A stretch of 64,000 bases of DNA, taken from assembly GCA_945874125.1 (NCBI GenBank), contig CAMCFB010000002.1, positions 517 to 64,516 of the forward strand, in the 5' to 3' direction. The notes under the pieces are model-generated. The model ran no database searches. It worked only from the letters and a program-made list of their open reading frames with translations, and was not told where the DNA came from. A program made the position numbers and the translations under genes. Positions 29,332 to 39,388 of the stretch are shown piece after piece; the first letter of the stretch is position 1; each line of letters starts with the position of its first letter. This DNA comes from Verrucomicrobia subdivision 6 bacterium (GTDB taxonomy: Bacteria > Verrucomicrobiota > Verrucomicrobiia > Methylacidiphilales > Verrucolacustridaceae).

Positions 29332-29817
29332 GTGAGTCACCTTTCTCTGCCCGAAGCTGTTCAAAAGATTCTCCAGACCGATACGCGGTTTTCTCCCGCC
29401 GCTTACGATTTTGTTCGTCGCTCTTTGGATCAATCCCTGCGGAAATTCGGCAAGCGGGAGCAGCCGACCCCTTCCCACGTGCAAGGACACGAGCTTTTGG
29501 AGGGGTTTCGCCTGCTCGCCCTGAGCGAATTCGGCCCGATGGCGAAAACGGTTTTGCAGGAGTGGGGAATCCAAAATTGCACGCAAGTCGGGGAAATCGT
29601 TTTTCACTTGGTCCAACATGGAATCCTAGGCAAGAGCGAGTCCGATCGACCCGAAGATTTTCAAGAAATCTGGACCTTCAATGAGGCTTTTGTCCTCCCT
29701 TTCCAGCCTTCCCACCTTTCTTCGATCCGTAAAAAAATTGTGCGTCGCGTGACCCCCTCCCCAGGAACCAGAGGAAAGCGAAAACAGAAGACCCACAGCC
29801 CGACGAAAAACAGTTAA
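29332..29817 (+). CDS. Minf_1886 / TIGR04138-type conserved protein
   Basis: D.RF...AY.FV, HVQGHELLEG, FGPMAKTVLQEWGI, GEIVFHLV, D..EDF. Confidence 0.8.
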   Translation: MSHLSLPEAVQKILQTDTRFSPAAYDFVRRSLDQSLRKFGKREQPTPSHVQGHELLEGFRLLALSEFGPMAKTVLQEWGIQNCTQVGEIVFHLVQHGILGKSESDRPEDFQEIWTFNEAFVLPFQPSHLSSIRKKIVRRVTPSPGTRGKRKQKTHSPTKNS

Positions 29818-29818
29818 T

Positions 29819-30286
29819 ATGGCCGAACTGCAGAAGAACAACCCTGCCCTGACCTCAGAGATGACGAAGCGCTTTGTTCAGTTCGTCATGGTGCAGGCGC
29901 AAAATATTCTCTATGTGCTTGGCCGTATCCCCACGCCTGAGGGGGAGCGAATTCCGCCTAACCTGCCAGCGGCCAAGATGATGATTGATCATCTGGAGCT
30001 CATAAAAATCAAAACGGAAGGCAATCTGTCGTCGCAAGAGACCAAGATTATCACCGAGGCACTCCAACAGGTTCAACTGGCTTTTGTCGAAGCTAGCGGT
30101 GGTACCCCGGTGGGAATGATGCCGGACCGAGGTCCGCAAGTAGACATGTCGGCTTTAGAAGAGGAGATGGATTCGGGCGAGCCCGCCCCTTCGGCTCCCC
30201 CAACCTCGACTCACCCAGCCAATTCCTCCCCCAGCGTTACGTCCGAAGCGGAGGAGAAAAAGAAATATTTTAAGAGCTACGGGTAA
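29819..30286 (+). CDS. DUF1844-like protein
   Basis: LGRIPTP, NLPAAKMMIDHLELIKIKTEGNLS..E motif. Confidence 0.8.
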   Translation: MAELQKNNPALTSEMTKRFVQFVMVQAQNILYVLGRIPTPEGERIPPNLPAAKMMIDHLELIKIKTEGNLSSQETKIITEALQQVQLAFVEASGGTPVGMMPDRGPQVDMSALEEEMDSGEPAPSAPPTSTHPANSSPSVTSEAEEKKKYFKSYG

Positions 30287-30303
30287 AACCCTCCCCGAAG
30301 GTT

Positions 30304-31725
30304 CTACTTGGGAGCGGGACCAAAGAGGCTCTTCAACACATGAACGGCTGCGCCTGCTGCGTCCCCCGTGCCTTGAGCCCCCGCCGCCTTTTCTAAAATC
30401 TGCGCCCCCGTCCGAATCGCCGTTCGGGTAAGCGCGCCAGTTAGCTTGGGCTGAAGATCGTTTTTGGGGGAGGATAAGGTCCCGGAGAGCTGAATCGTCT
30501 GCACCGAGTACCCATTTTCAAGCCGCGCAAAGCACTCGCCCCCCGTCAAAGCATTGACCTTGCGCCCCAAATCCCCTTCTAAACCCAACTCGATCGTTCC
30601 ACTCAGATTTTCCCCGCGAATCTGGACCTGCCCCACCGCCCGCAACAGACCTGGCGCCTCCGCCAGAATTTCGCTCACGTCGTATAAGTTCGGTTGAATG
30701 TACCAGGTGGCCTTAGCCGTCGTCAGCGGACAGCCCCGCAGCCTGGGTTCGCCCGTGAGTAAGCCCAAAACCCCAAGTACCGTCTCCGAGCCTTTGCCCG
30801 GCTCCAACCTTGCGTCAACCAGACGAACTTCTCCTTTGCCCACGGGAACCCCATTTCTTAACTCCTGCAAAACAAAATCCCCTGACATCGAGGCTGGGAT
30901 TTCAAACAGACCCACCCCTAACTTTCCCCCTGGGACTGGCCAGCGTTCCCAGGTCACCCTCCCTTTTCCTTGGGGCGCGGAACTTGGGATGAATTCGCCC
31001 GACATCTCTAAGGTTCCGCCCGATTTCCCTTTCAGCATCAGGTCGGTCAGAAAAAGTGTGGGTTCGGAGTAACGCCCCTTGGCTTCGACCAGATTCACCT
31101 CCCCGATCCAGCTGGAAGGAGTTACGATGTTCCCCTGCTGCAGCAAAAACTCGACCCGTTGCTTGGAGGGTTGGATCCGCGCGGCAACCCCTTTTGCCCC
31201 CCAGCCACTTGTTCCGAGCGAGGGGATCAGTTCGAAGTCCCGAATTTCAATCCGGCCAACTTGAACGTCTTGAAAAAGCTCTGCGCTGGCACCTTTGGGC
31301 TCGGCAGCTCGAATCACAGCCTCTTTGGGCATGGCGGCCTTGGTTCCAGCTTGGAGGGCGAGTCGGCCGATCGAGATTTCGGGGAAACGCAAAATTCGAT
31401 CGAGAAGCAGACGGGGCGAGATTTCGGTGCGGATGTCTTGCAAATCCCATATCCACGGACCCACGGCTCCTGGACGACTTTGAAAACCAGCGGTATAGAC
31501 CGAGAACGAAGACCACTCGAAAGATTGAAACTCCCCTTCCGTCTGCAAAAGAGAAGACGCCTGCTGGGAGGCGAGGCGCTGAAAATCTTTCCCGCCCAAC
31601 CATCGCACGACCCAAACGGGAAGAAAGGCCGCCACCACGATCGCCAGAATGATCGCCCCACCCAGGAGACCGAGGATGATCCACTTCAGATTGATTTGAT
31701 TCTTCGTATTCGGGCGAACCGCCAT
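30304..31725 (-). CDS. membrane-anchored hypothetical protein, possibly AsmA-like
   Basis: N-terminal TM anchor, beta-rich body, C-terminal IQLSGTLSSPK motif seen in AsmA-like proteins. Confidence 0.7.
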   Translation of the reverse strand: MAVRPNTKNQINLKWIILGLLGGAIILAIVVAAFLPVWVVRWLGGKDFQRLASQQASSLLQTEGEFQSFEWSSFSVYTAGFQSRPGAVGPWIWDLQDIRTEISPRLLLDRILRFPEISIGRLALQAGTKAAMPKEAVIRAAEPKGASAELFQDVQVGRIEIRDFELIPSLGTSGWGAKGVAARIQPSKQRVEFLLQQGNIVTPSSWIGEVNLVEAKGRYSEPTLFLTDLMLKGKSGGTLEMSGEFIPSSAPQGKGRVTWERWPVPGGKLGVGLFEIPASMSGDFVLQELRNGVPVGKGEVRLVDARLEPGKGSETVLGVLGLLTGEPRLRGCPLTTAKATWYIQPNLYDVSEILAEAPGLLRAVGQVQIRGENLSGTIELGLEGDLGRKVNALTGGECFARLENGYSVQTIQLSGTLSSPKNDLQPKLTGALTRTAIRTGAQILEKAAGAQGTGDAAGAAVHVLKSLFGPAPK

Positions 31726-31807
31726 TCTTGAACACTAACAGAAAGTTTCTACGGCGGGAGAGCTTTTCCACGTTGCCTTTCCTGCCCCGTGGGCTTTCTC
31801 TATTGGA

Positions 31808-33505
31808 ATGCTGGCCCTTCACTCGATCCACCTAGAAATGGATGGTGTCGAGAATCCACTGCTTTCCGACATATCCGCGTGTTTTCCTGCCCGCCACTTT
31901 GGGGCAATTCTGGGACCTTCCGGTTGTGGAAAAAGCACACTCCTGAAGGTGATTGCCGGAATTCTCCCCCACACCTCAGGCTCGATTTTTTGGCAGGGAA
32001 AAAATCTGGAGGATGAAGACCTTCCCGCGCACCAACTCGGCTACGTTCCGCAATTTAGCTGCACCCACCCTCGATTGACGGTCCGCGAAAACTTAATCTA
32101 TGGCGCCCGCTTGCGGCAAAAAGGGACGCGTCAACCGATCGAGGAGCGGGTGGATCAGGTCTCGGAGGAAACAGGCTTAGCCGATCTTCAGGATCGTTCC
32201 GCCGGTGTGCTGTCGGGGGGGCAACTGCGCCGCCTCGGCTTGGCCATGGAGTTAACCACACGGCCGAGTCTTTTACTGGCGGATGAGGTTACCAGTGGAT
32301 TGGACCCCAAGTCCGAAGAGGAAATGATCGCACTCCTTGCCTCTCTTTCCCAAGAGCACGGTCGCCTTGTTTTACTGGTGACCCACAGTCTTCGGCAACT
32401 CGAGGTCTACGACTCGATCACGGTTTTAACCGGCGGACGCCTTGCCTACTCAGCCGATCCCCGTGACCTGACGGAGTACTTTCAGGTTCGGAGTCCCGAG
32501 TTCATCTACCCGACTCTGGCCAAGCAAGAGCCCCAAGAGTGGGCCGCCGATTGGAGTGCCGTTCCCAAGCCAGAAGGACTTACCCCGCAGAATATTTTGG
32601 GTGAGATCGAGGCGATTTCGCTCACGGAGGATCAAAAAGAAACTCTGGAGCTCCCGAGTCTGCTCTCTCAGGCCACGACTTGGCTGAGCCGACGCCTGAA
32701 GATCTTTTTTCGAGATCCCGCCCAGGTTTTCCTCCAACTCACTCTCCTCCTCGTCTTTCCTGCGGTGGTCACTCTTTTCGCGTACCGGGGGCTCCCCGAA
32801 GTACGAAATATGGCCATGTCCTCCGATACAGGGGTGGTCGAGCAGTTGCGAGAGTCGCTCGCCTTCACCATTCAATCCAGCCGAGTGGGAACACTCGTGA
32901 GCGGCTTGGCCATGTTTCAGGTCATTCTGTTAGCGCTGATGGGTTCGAACAGCTCCGCCCGTGAAGTTGTCGGAGACCGACCCATATTGGAAAAAGAGAA
33001 ACTCGCGGGGTTACGGCCTGGTGCGGCTCTTTTAGGAATGAGCATTTTTCTCTCTTTCCTTGTTTTGGCCCAAGCCAGCTGGATGACTCTATTTGTTCGG
33101 GCAATTTGCCAATTTCCCGGGGATGTCCTAGGTCAGTGGCTGCCCTTTTTTTTGGTCACGGGGGCAGTCACCTCCCTCTGTCTGGCCATCTCCAGTTGGT
33201 CCTCTTCTTCGGAGCAGGCATCTCTTGGCAGTCTGTACTTGGTCGGGTTTCAGTTGCCCCTTTCCGGCGCGATTTTGGCTTTACCGGAAACTTTGGGAGT
33301 GATCACCCGCCCCTTCATTAGTGCGTATTGGGCCTGGTCGGCCTACCTGCAAACTCTGCGGGACACTCGCTTCTATGATCTCGTCAAATCGATTACCGAA
33401 ACTCCCCTCGCCACTTCGCATGTCTCGTTATGGATCTTGCTGGTTCATCTGCTCTTGGGCTTGGTTTTAGCATACTTTGGCATGCGTCGGAGTCAGTGGC
33501 GATAG
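31808..33505 (+). CDS. ABC transporter, NBD fused to ABC-2-type permease
   Basis: GPSGCGKST, GYVPQ, LSGGQ, LLADEVTSGLD, VTH; about 6 C-terminal TMs. Confidence 0.9.
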   Translation: MLALHSIHLEMDGVENPLLSDISACFPARHFGAILGPSGCGKSTLLKVIAGILPHTSGSIFWQGKNLEDEDLPAHQLGYVPQFSCTHPRLTVRENLIYGARLRQKGTRQPIEERVDQVSEETGLADLQDRSAGVLSGGQLRRLGLAMELTTRPSLLLADEVTSGLDPKSEEEMIALLASLSQEHGRLVLLVTHSLRQLEVYDSITVLTGGRLAYSADPRDLTEYFQVRSPEFIYPTLAKQEPQEWAADWSAVPKPEGLTPQNILGEIEAISLTEDQKETLELPSLLSQATTWLSRRLKIFFRDPAQVFLQLTLLLVFPAVVTLFAYRGLPEVRNMAMSSDTGVVEQLRESLAFTIQSSRVGTLVSGLAMFQVILLALMGSNSSAREVVGDRPILEKEKLAGLRPGAALLGMSIFLSFLVLAQASWMTLFVRAICQFPGDVLGQWLPFFLVTGAVTSLCLAISSWSSSSEQASLGSLYLVGFQLPLSGAILALPETLGVITRPFISAYWAWSAYLQTLRDTRFYDLVKSITETPLATSHVSLWILLVHLLLGLVLAYFGMRRSQWR

Positions 33506-33541
33506 GTTGCTCCTTTCCCGCTCTTCAGAGTAAGCTTGGGT

Positions 33542-33946
33542 ATGTCTCGTCGGGCTCACCAAAAAACACCCTCCTCTCTTCTTTTTGGGTTGGTCGCGGT
33601 GTTTCTCGTCATCGCCGCCGGGGGCGCACTCTTTCTCCAGAAAGGGTCCAATCCCTATCGTACGGTGGAGCCCCTCCAGCCGAGTGACTATTTTGAAAAC
33701 GCCAATAGTCTTCGGGGCAATGTCTATCAGATCGAAGGGGTGATTCTCAATGCCCTCGCCCAGAACCCGGAAAAAGGGCGGCTCTTTAGTATTAGTGTGA
33801 CCACCGATTCACGGAAGTGGCCGATGCCCATTTTCATTCCGGCGCAATTACGGCAGATCAATTTGCAAAAGAATCAATCTTATCGGGCTAAAGTTCGGGT
33901 GAACGATTCTGGGATTCTAGTGGCGGAGGAGATCCAAAAGTCATGA
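33542..33946 (+). CDS. single-TM hypothetical protein, possibly OB fold
   Basis: TM LLFGLVAVFLVIAAGGALFL then a beta-rich domain; ATGA overlap downstream. Confidence 0.7.
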   Translation: MSRRAHQKTPSSLLFGLVAVFLVIAAGGALFLQKGSNPYRTVEPLQPSDYFENANSLRGNVYQIEGVILNALAQNPEKGRLFSISVTTDSRKWPMPIFIPAQLRQINLQKNQSYRAKVRVNDSGILVAEEIQKS

Positions 33947-36003
33947 AGCTCAATCGCGAACTGGTCGCTTTTCTTTGGCTGGCAAGCAGCCTTTCCCTTT
34001 TCGCGCAAAGTGATGGGGATTCCAAGGCGGCCACGGGGGGAGCTCGTCCGGCCCAAATGAACCCAGGCTTTTTAGGTCGGGATGTTCCCGTCGTGGATCC
34101 AGGTTCCGACAACGCTACTTTTGACGGTAAGCTCGTGAATCTGGCCAACAACCGCCTGTTCCGTTCCCGCTTCGAAAAGTATCTCAATGCCCCAGCAGAA
34201 ACTTCCGCGGCGGACCTCGAGTACGAGAAGACGATCACTGAGATCTTATCCCTCCTGAGCCCGGGCAAAGTGAACACCGCAAACATTGATGCGGCCTGGA
34301 AACTACTTCCCAAGGCATCCGAATATCGAAGCGACGCCAATCTCTGCAACTCGATGGCCGATGTGGTTTACAGCGTTTGGCTGGCCAAGAACGAGGTGGC
34401 GCGGTTGGAAATGGCGAATCGAAGCCTGCAAAGAGAGAAATCGACCTTGGAGTGGAATTACCGAATGAATCTTGGGCCCAGCGCCAAAAGCATGACCCAA
34501 ATTGGAACCAATCCTACCAGCCAAAGTTCCATTCTCTCGCCCGAGGATGAAGCGCGGGTTGAACCCATTAAGGAGGCTTTGTCGGACGTGCGGGCCACCA
34601 TGGTCAATAATAAGCTCAAAAAAGAGGCCTCCATCGTTCAGGCCAAAATCGATTTTCAGACGATGATTATTCAGTACTTTGCCCAGAGACGCTTCCGCCA
34701 CGTGCTGATTGGAACCCGCTTTTATCGTGCCCTTTTTGGCGATGGGGATAACCGCATCAGCGCCCTCGACCAGATCTCCTCTGAGTTGCCCGTGGATAAA
34801 GATGCGGGCCAAGTCAAAGTGAAGGCAAAGCTCGACCCCAAGATTTCCGGCAAAGGAGGATCCGGCGGTTATGTGGGAGCAGGGAGCGGCACGGGAGACG
34901 GACGGCGCAACACCGGCGTGGCGGCGCGGGGCGATACCTCCTCGTCCGGTGGTGCCTTTAGTGCGGAAGGAATGCAGTTGGGGGTGGAAAACTTGGGAGT
35001 GGAAAGTCTCATCAGTGCGGGCGCCAGCGGCCTGAAGGCGTTGGGAAAAATGATAAACTCGCTTGGGCAACTCGATTCCCTGGCCAATGAGGCCATCCGT
35101 GATGTCGATGAAGGGGTCGAAGCCTATAAATTTCTTCTCGAAAAAAATGAGTTAAAGAGTGCCACGGAGCGGCTGTTCGAAACGTTTATGATGGGAGAGT
35201 ATATGCCGTCGGTTCGCAAATTATCCCGAGACGAAAAAAGGCGCGCGCTCGAATTCACCCAAAAAACCAACGAGCTGCTCGCTGCCTTGGAAGTCAATGA
35301 TCTGACCCGGGCGGAGGACATTATTCTGGAGTTAAGTAAGGGTGCGCGCGACTTTGACACCTCGAAACCACTGGCGGTGGTTGAGACGGCCAAGACCGTC
35401 AGTGCCATGCATCTAGCCAAAGCCAAGGCGGCGGCCGCTTCGGGAGATAAGGCTACTTTGGAAACGGAACTACGTGCGGCCACGGAAATCTGGCCCCGCA
35501 ACCCTGCCCTCGCGGAGGTTTCGGCGGCAATCTTTAGTCAGACCGATGTGCAGCAACAAGCTTTGAATGACTTTGATCGTCTGATTGCGCAAAAGAACTA
35601 TCGCCAGATTTTTGATGATAAGGTCCGTTTCATTGCCGCTACCGCCATGTTCCCTGATCGGCAGGAAAAGCTGAAAGGAGTCCTCGATCGCGTGCAAAGT
35701 GCCGAGGCCTCCCTCATGCGTTCCCATGAGCTGGCCAAACGAGGAGACCCGGCCGGTGCGTGGGAAAGTGTCGAGCGTGGTTTCTCCGATTACCCGGATG
35801 ATCCCAAACTCAATCAGGCTCGGGCAGATTATACCACCCAAGCGGCCGAGTTTGTGCGTGCGGTTCGGACGGCCCAGGAAATGGAGCGCAAATGGCAAAT
35901 CGGCTCGAGCTTGGCTTGGTACCTGCGAGCGCTGCAGGATTATCCCAATAGCGAGATCGCCCGCGAAGGCATCGATCGCATTTCGGCTGAATTGGTGAAG
36001 TGA
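33943..36003 (+). CDS. large exported helical/TPR-like hypothetical protein
   Basis: Signal peptide, coiled coil, Gly-rich insert, C-terminal TPR-like helices. Confidence 0.8.
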   Translation: MKLNRELVAFLWLASSLSLFAQSDGDSKAATGGARPAQMNPGFLGRDVPVVDPGSDNATFDGKLVNLANNRLFRSRFEKYLNAPAETSAADLEYEKTITEILSLLSPGKVNTANIDAAWKLLPKASEYRSDANLCNSMADVVYSVWLAKNEVARLEMANRSLQREKSTLEWNYRMNLGPSAKSMTQIGTNPTSQSSILSPEDEARVEPIKEALSDVRATMVNNKLKKEASIVQAKIDFQTMIIQYFAQRRFRHVLIGTRFYRALFGDGDNRISALDQISSELPVDKDAGQVKVKAKLDPKISGKGGSGGYVGAGSGTGDGRRNTGVAARGDTSSSGGAFSAEGMQLGVENLGVESLISAGASGLKALGKMINSLGQLDSLANEAIRDVDEGVEAYKFLLEKNELKSATERLFETFMMGEYMPSVRKLSRDEKRRALEFTQKTNELLAALEVNDLTRAEDIILELSKGARDFDTSKPLAVVETAKTVSAMHLAKAKAAAASGDKATLETELRAATEIWPRNPALAEVSAAIFSQTDVQQQALNDFDRLIAQKNYRQIFDDKVRFIAATAMFPDRQEKLKGVLDRVQSAEASLMRSHELAKRGDPAGAWESVERGFSDYPDDPKLNQARADYTTQAAEFVRAVRTAQEMERKWQIGSSLAWYLRALQDYPNSEIAREGIDRISAELVK

Positions 36004-36012
36004 CAGTTGGAT

Positions 36013-37377
36013 TTAACTGGCGCTTTTCTTATCTCTCCCCCGCCAGCGCCACCGCAGAGGACATCCTCCGAGGTTAAAGTGCTCCCGGATTCGGTTGCTT
36101 AAGAATCTCTCGTAGGCCTCCGACATAATCGCAGGGTGATTGACGAAACCCATCAGCGTCGGGAGAGGTCCCTCGACTTGGGTGGCGTAGTAAAGACGCA
36201 GCTTCTTCCCTCCTTTGACGGGGGTGCTTCGTGACTCAGTCGCCCGTAAAAGAACCCGATTCAACTCCCCCGTGCCGATTCGAACCGAACGGGCTTTCCG
36301 CATCGTCGCGACCGCATCGGTCAACTCCCGGAACCCGCTTTTCTTGAGAGAACTGACAAAGACCATCGGCACATCGGGAAGAAAAAATAGAGCCTGGCGC
36401 AGGGCCGCCTCGTACTCCTTGCGGAAAGTAGCCCCCTTTGTCTTTTCCCCGCCTTGGGCGGTCAGATCCCACTTGGTGATGGCGACAATACATGGCCTTT
36501 GGGCTCGTTGAATGAGGCCCGCCACCTTCTTTTCCACCAAACCAACCCCCAGAACAGAATCTACCGCCAGAATGGCTAAATGGCAGCGATCGATCGCGTG
36601 CGCCGTTCTCCCGCCCATGATCTTCTCCAGCGGGTCCTCCACCCTTCTTTTTTGGCGTAATCCGGCCGTATCGATAAACAGAACCTCCTCCCCGTCCAGA
36701 TCGGCGGGCACGTCCACCGCATCCCGTGTCGTTCCCGCAAGCGAGGCTACCATCGTGCGATCGGCCCCCACCCACGCATTGACGAGGGAAGACTTCCCCG
36801 CGTTGGGCCGCCCCACCACCGCAATTCGTGTTCTCTCATCTTTCACCCGATCTTCTTCCGGCCAATCCGCTCCAATCTCGGCCATCAAGCTCCCAAAGCC
36901 TAAGCCGTGCTCCGCGGAAACTTCTCTTCCCTTGCCAAAGCCCAACTTGGCAAATTCGCCCTGCTTCCCTCCCCCATAACCTGGATCCATTTTATTAATA
37001 ATGAGGGTCACTTTTTGCCCCGCCCGGCGCAACCGTTTGGCCACCTCCGTATCCAAGACATGCAGCCCCTCTTTTCCGTCCACCACCAGCAAAACACGCT
37101 GAGCGGCCGCGATCGCCAAGTCGGCCTCCCGCTCGACCGCGTCCTGCAAGCCCGTTCCGTCCTCGTGACCCAACCCGCCCGTGTCGATCAGGACAAACGG
37201 ACGACCCTCCCAATCGGCGTCGGCAATCAGTCGATCCCGCGTGACTCCCGGACGATCGAAAACCAGCGCGATCCTGCGCTTGCAGATACGATTAAAGATC
37301 GCGCTTTTTCCGACGTTAGGACGACCCACAATCGCCACCACGGGCCGCTGAGTTTTAAGAGTGGGTGGGGTCGCCAT
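36013..37377 (-). CDS. der: ribosome biogenesis GTPase Der (EngA)
   Basis: Two G domains GRPNVGKS / GRPNAGKS, GVTRD, DTGG, DTAG. Confidence 0.97.
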   Translation of the reverse strand: MATPPTLKTQRPVVAIVGRPNVGKSAIFNRICKRRIALVFDRPGVTRDRLIADADWEGRPFVLIDTGGLGHEDGTGLQDAVEREADLAIAAAQRVLLVVDGKEGLHVLDTEVAKRLRRAGQKVTLIINKMDPGYGGGKQGEFAKLGFGKGREVSAEHGLGFGSLMAEIGADWPEEDRVKDERTRIAVVGRPNAGKSSLVNAWVGADRTMVASLAGTTRDAVDVPADLDGEEVLFIDTAGLRQKRRVEDPLEKIMGGRTAHAIDRCHLAILAVDSVLGVGLVEKKVAGLIQRAQRPCIVAITKWDLTAQGGEKTKGATFRKEYEAALRQALFFLPDVPMVFVSSLKKSGFRELTDAVATMRKARSVRIGTGELNRVLLRATESRSTPVKGGKKLRLYYATQVEGPLPTLMGFVNHPAIMSEAYERFLSNRIREHFNLGGCPLRWRWRGRDKKSAS

Positions 37378-37951
37378 AACTTGTTTGATGAAAAAGATCC
37401 CACCCTTGCTTTAAATAAATGACCAAGGACAAGGAGGTCATGGCCCCCGCCGCCCACAAAATGGGCCAGGTGGTGGAGTTTCCCGGTAGAAGGAGACCCA
37501 CCAGAACCACCGCGATTTGGAAAAATGTGCACACTTTGCCCGTCCAGTGAGGTTTCACAAAATCGTAGTTGTGTAAGATCGTTCCCAGAAAAAGAGTTCC
37601 TGAAACAAGGATCAGATCACGGCTTACCACCAAAACCGGAAACCAAAGTGGCAACCTGCCCTTTCCGGCAACCCCAATCGTCCCCAGCAGAACGATCCCC
37701 GTAACCAGCAGAAGTTTATCCGCAATCGGGTCCAAGATTCGGCCCAGCCGACTCCGTTGATTGAAGTGGCGCGCAATCCATCCATCTACCCCATCCGTCA
37801 AAGCCGCGAATGCAAAAAGAGCCACCGCCGCATAGTACCAGGCGTAACCCGAGTAACCCTCCTCGTGATACTCCCGATGGTAAAGGAGCGCGGCCGCAAA
37901 TAGAGGAACAAGAAGGATACGCAGGAGGGTCAGGACGGTCGCAAAGGTCAC
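37355..37951 (-). CDS. pgsA: CDP-alcohol phosphatidyltransferase (PgsA-like)
   Basis: TDGVDGWIAR...LGRILDPIADK motif; GTGA overlap with gltX. Confidence 0.85.
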   Translation of the reverse strand: MTFATVLTLLRILLVPLFAAALLYHREYHEEGYSGYAWYYAAVALFAFAALTDGVDGWIARHFNQRSRLGRILDPIADKLLLVTGIVLLGTIGVAGKGRLPLWFPVLVVSRDLILVSGTLFLGTILHNYDFVKPHWTGKVCTFFQIAVVLVGLLLPGNSTTWPILWAAGAMTSLSLVIYLKQGWDLFHQTSYGDPTHS

Positions 37952-39309
37952 GACGACTCCCCTAGCTTGCCCGCCTCCCAAAGGGTTCGCGTGCGGTGCA
38001 ATCGAGCGACCACCCGATCCTTACCCAAAACACTCAACAGAGGGAAAAGAGAGGGACCCACGGTATGACCCGAAACAGCCGACCGCAGGAGGTGAATCAC
38101 TCGCGCCGGTTTTGGTAGTTGATTTTCTTCCGCGATTTTCTTGCAGATCAACTCGGCCGAAGCGTCGTTCAAGACCTCGGTGCTGTTTTGGAATCCTTGC
38201 TCGATGGCCTGGAGGAGCCTCCCGCTGTCCGGACTGGAGAACTGTTTTTTTCTCGCCTCGGCAGAGTAAGGATATTCCTCCGTCAGGTATGGATCCAACC
38301 ACTCGGCCATCTCTTTCCCAGTGCGGATCTTCTCTCGAATCACGCGCAGAAGTCCCTCCCGAACCGAATCGGGCAAGGCACTAGCCGCCGGGCGATTCTT
38401 TTCCAAAAAAGAACCAGCGAATTGGGTGAAATCGAGATCTTTCATCGATCTCCAATACTCCCCGTTCATCCAAAACAACTTCGCCGCATCAAAGCGGGCG
38501 TTACTTCGATTAAGCTCTTTCAGCTCAAATCGCTTCACAATATCCGCCAAGGGAAGGATTTCCTCATTCGCCCCGGGAGACCACCCCAGCAGGCATAAGT
38601 AGTTTCGAACCGCTTCTGGCAGATAACCCGCATCCTCATAAAAGGATAAAGCCGCCCCATCATCTCGCTTGCTCATCTTCGATCCCCCCTTGTTCAGGAT
38701 CAGGGGAATATGGGCAAATTGGGGAGCGGGCGCGCCCAGGGCTTCATAAAGTGCGATGTGCTTATGGGTATTGCTGAGGTGATCCTCCCCGCGAATGACA
38801 TGGGTGATTCCCATCTCCAAATCATCAATCACGTTCACGAGGTGGAATACGGGGCTGCCATCTTTTCGGCGAATCACCAGATCTGGTTCCATCGTTCGAT
38901 CGAAAGTCACATCTCCGCAAACCATATCTTTCACCACCCCGGGGGTCCTGGGCATTTTGAATTTGAGCGCCCCACCCTCCTCATACGTCCTTCCGGTGGC
39001 CTGCAATTTCTCCAAATACTTCGCGTAAATCGCGCCGCGCTGGCTTTGGAAGTACGGCCCTTTTTCTCCGTGGGTTCCGCCTTTCCCATCCGGTCCCTCA
39101 TCCCAATCTAACCCCAACCACCGCAGCCCACGAAAGATCACCTCCACTGCCTCCTGACTGTTTCGCGATTGATCCGTATCTTCCACCCGCAAAACGAAAG
39201 TCCCGCCCGTGTGTCTCGCGTACAGCCAGTTAAAGAGCGCCGTTCTAGCTCCTCCGATATGGAGAAGTCCAGTCGGAGATGGGGCAAAGCGAACTCGAAC
39301 GTTACTCAT
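37948..39309 (-). CDS. gltX: glutamyl-tRNA synthetase
   Basis: RFAPSPTGLLHIGG, LRVEDTD, HVIRGEDH, KMSKR. Confidence 0.96.
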   Translation of the reverse strand: MSNVRVRFAPSPTGLLHIGGARTALFNWLYARHTGGTFVLRVEDTDQSRNSQEAVEVIFRGLRWLGLDWDEGPDGKGGTHGEKGPYFQSQRGAIYAKYLEKLQATGRTYEEGGALKFKMPRTPGVVKDMVCGDVTFDRTMEPDLVIRRKDGSPVFHLVNVIDDLEMGITHVIRGEDHLSNTHKHIALYEALGAPAPQFAHIPLILNKGGSKMSKRDDGAALSFYEDAGYLPEAVRNYLCLLGWSPGANEEILPLADIVKRFELKELNRSNARFDAAKLFWMNGEYWRSMKDLDFTQFAGSFLEKNRPAASALPDSVREGLLRVIREKIRTGKEMAEWLDPYLTEEYPYSAEARKKQFSSPDSGRLLQAIEQGFQNSTEVLNDASAELICKKIAEENQLPKPARVIHLLRSAVSGHTVGPSLFPLLSVLGKDRVVARLHRTRTLWEAGKLGESS

Positions 39310-39388
39310 ACCTTAGTTCTGCCCATTTTTGCCCCCCGCATCAATGTCGGATGGTGGGGCACTCCCATGAAACCGCGAAATGATACGT

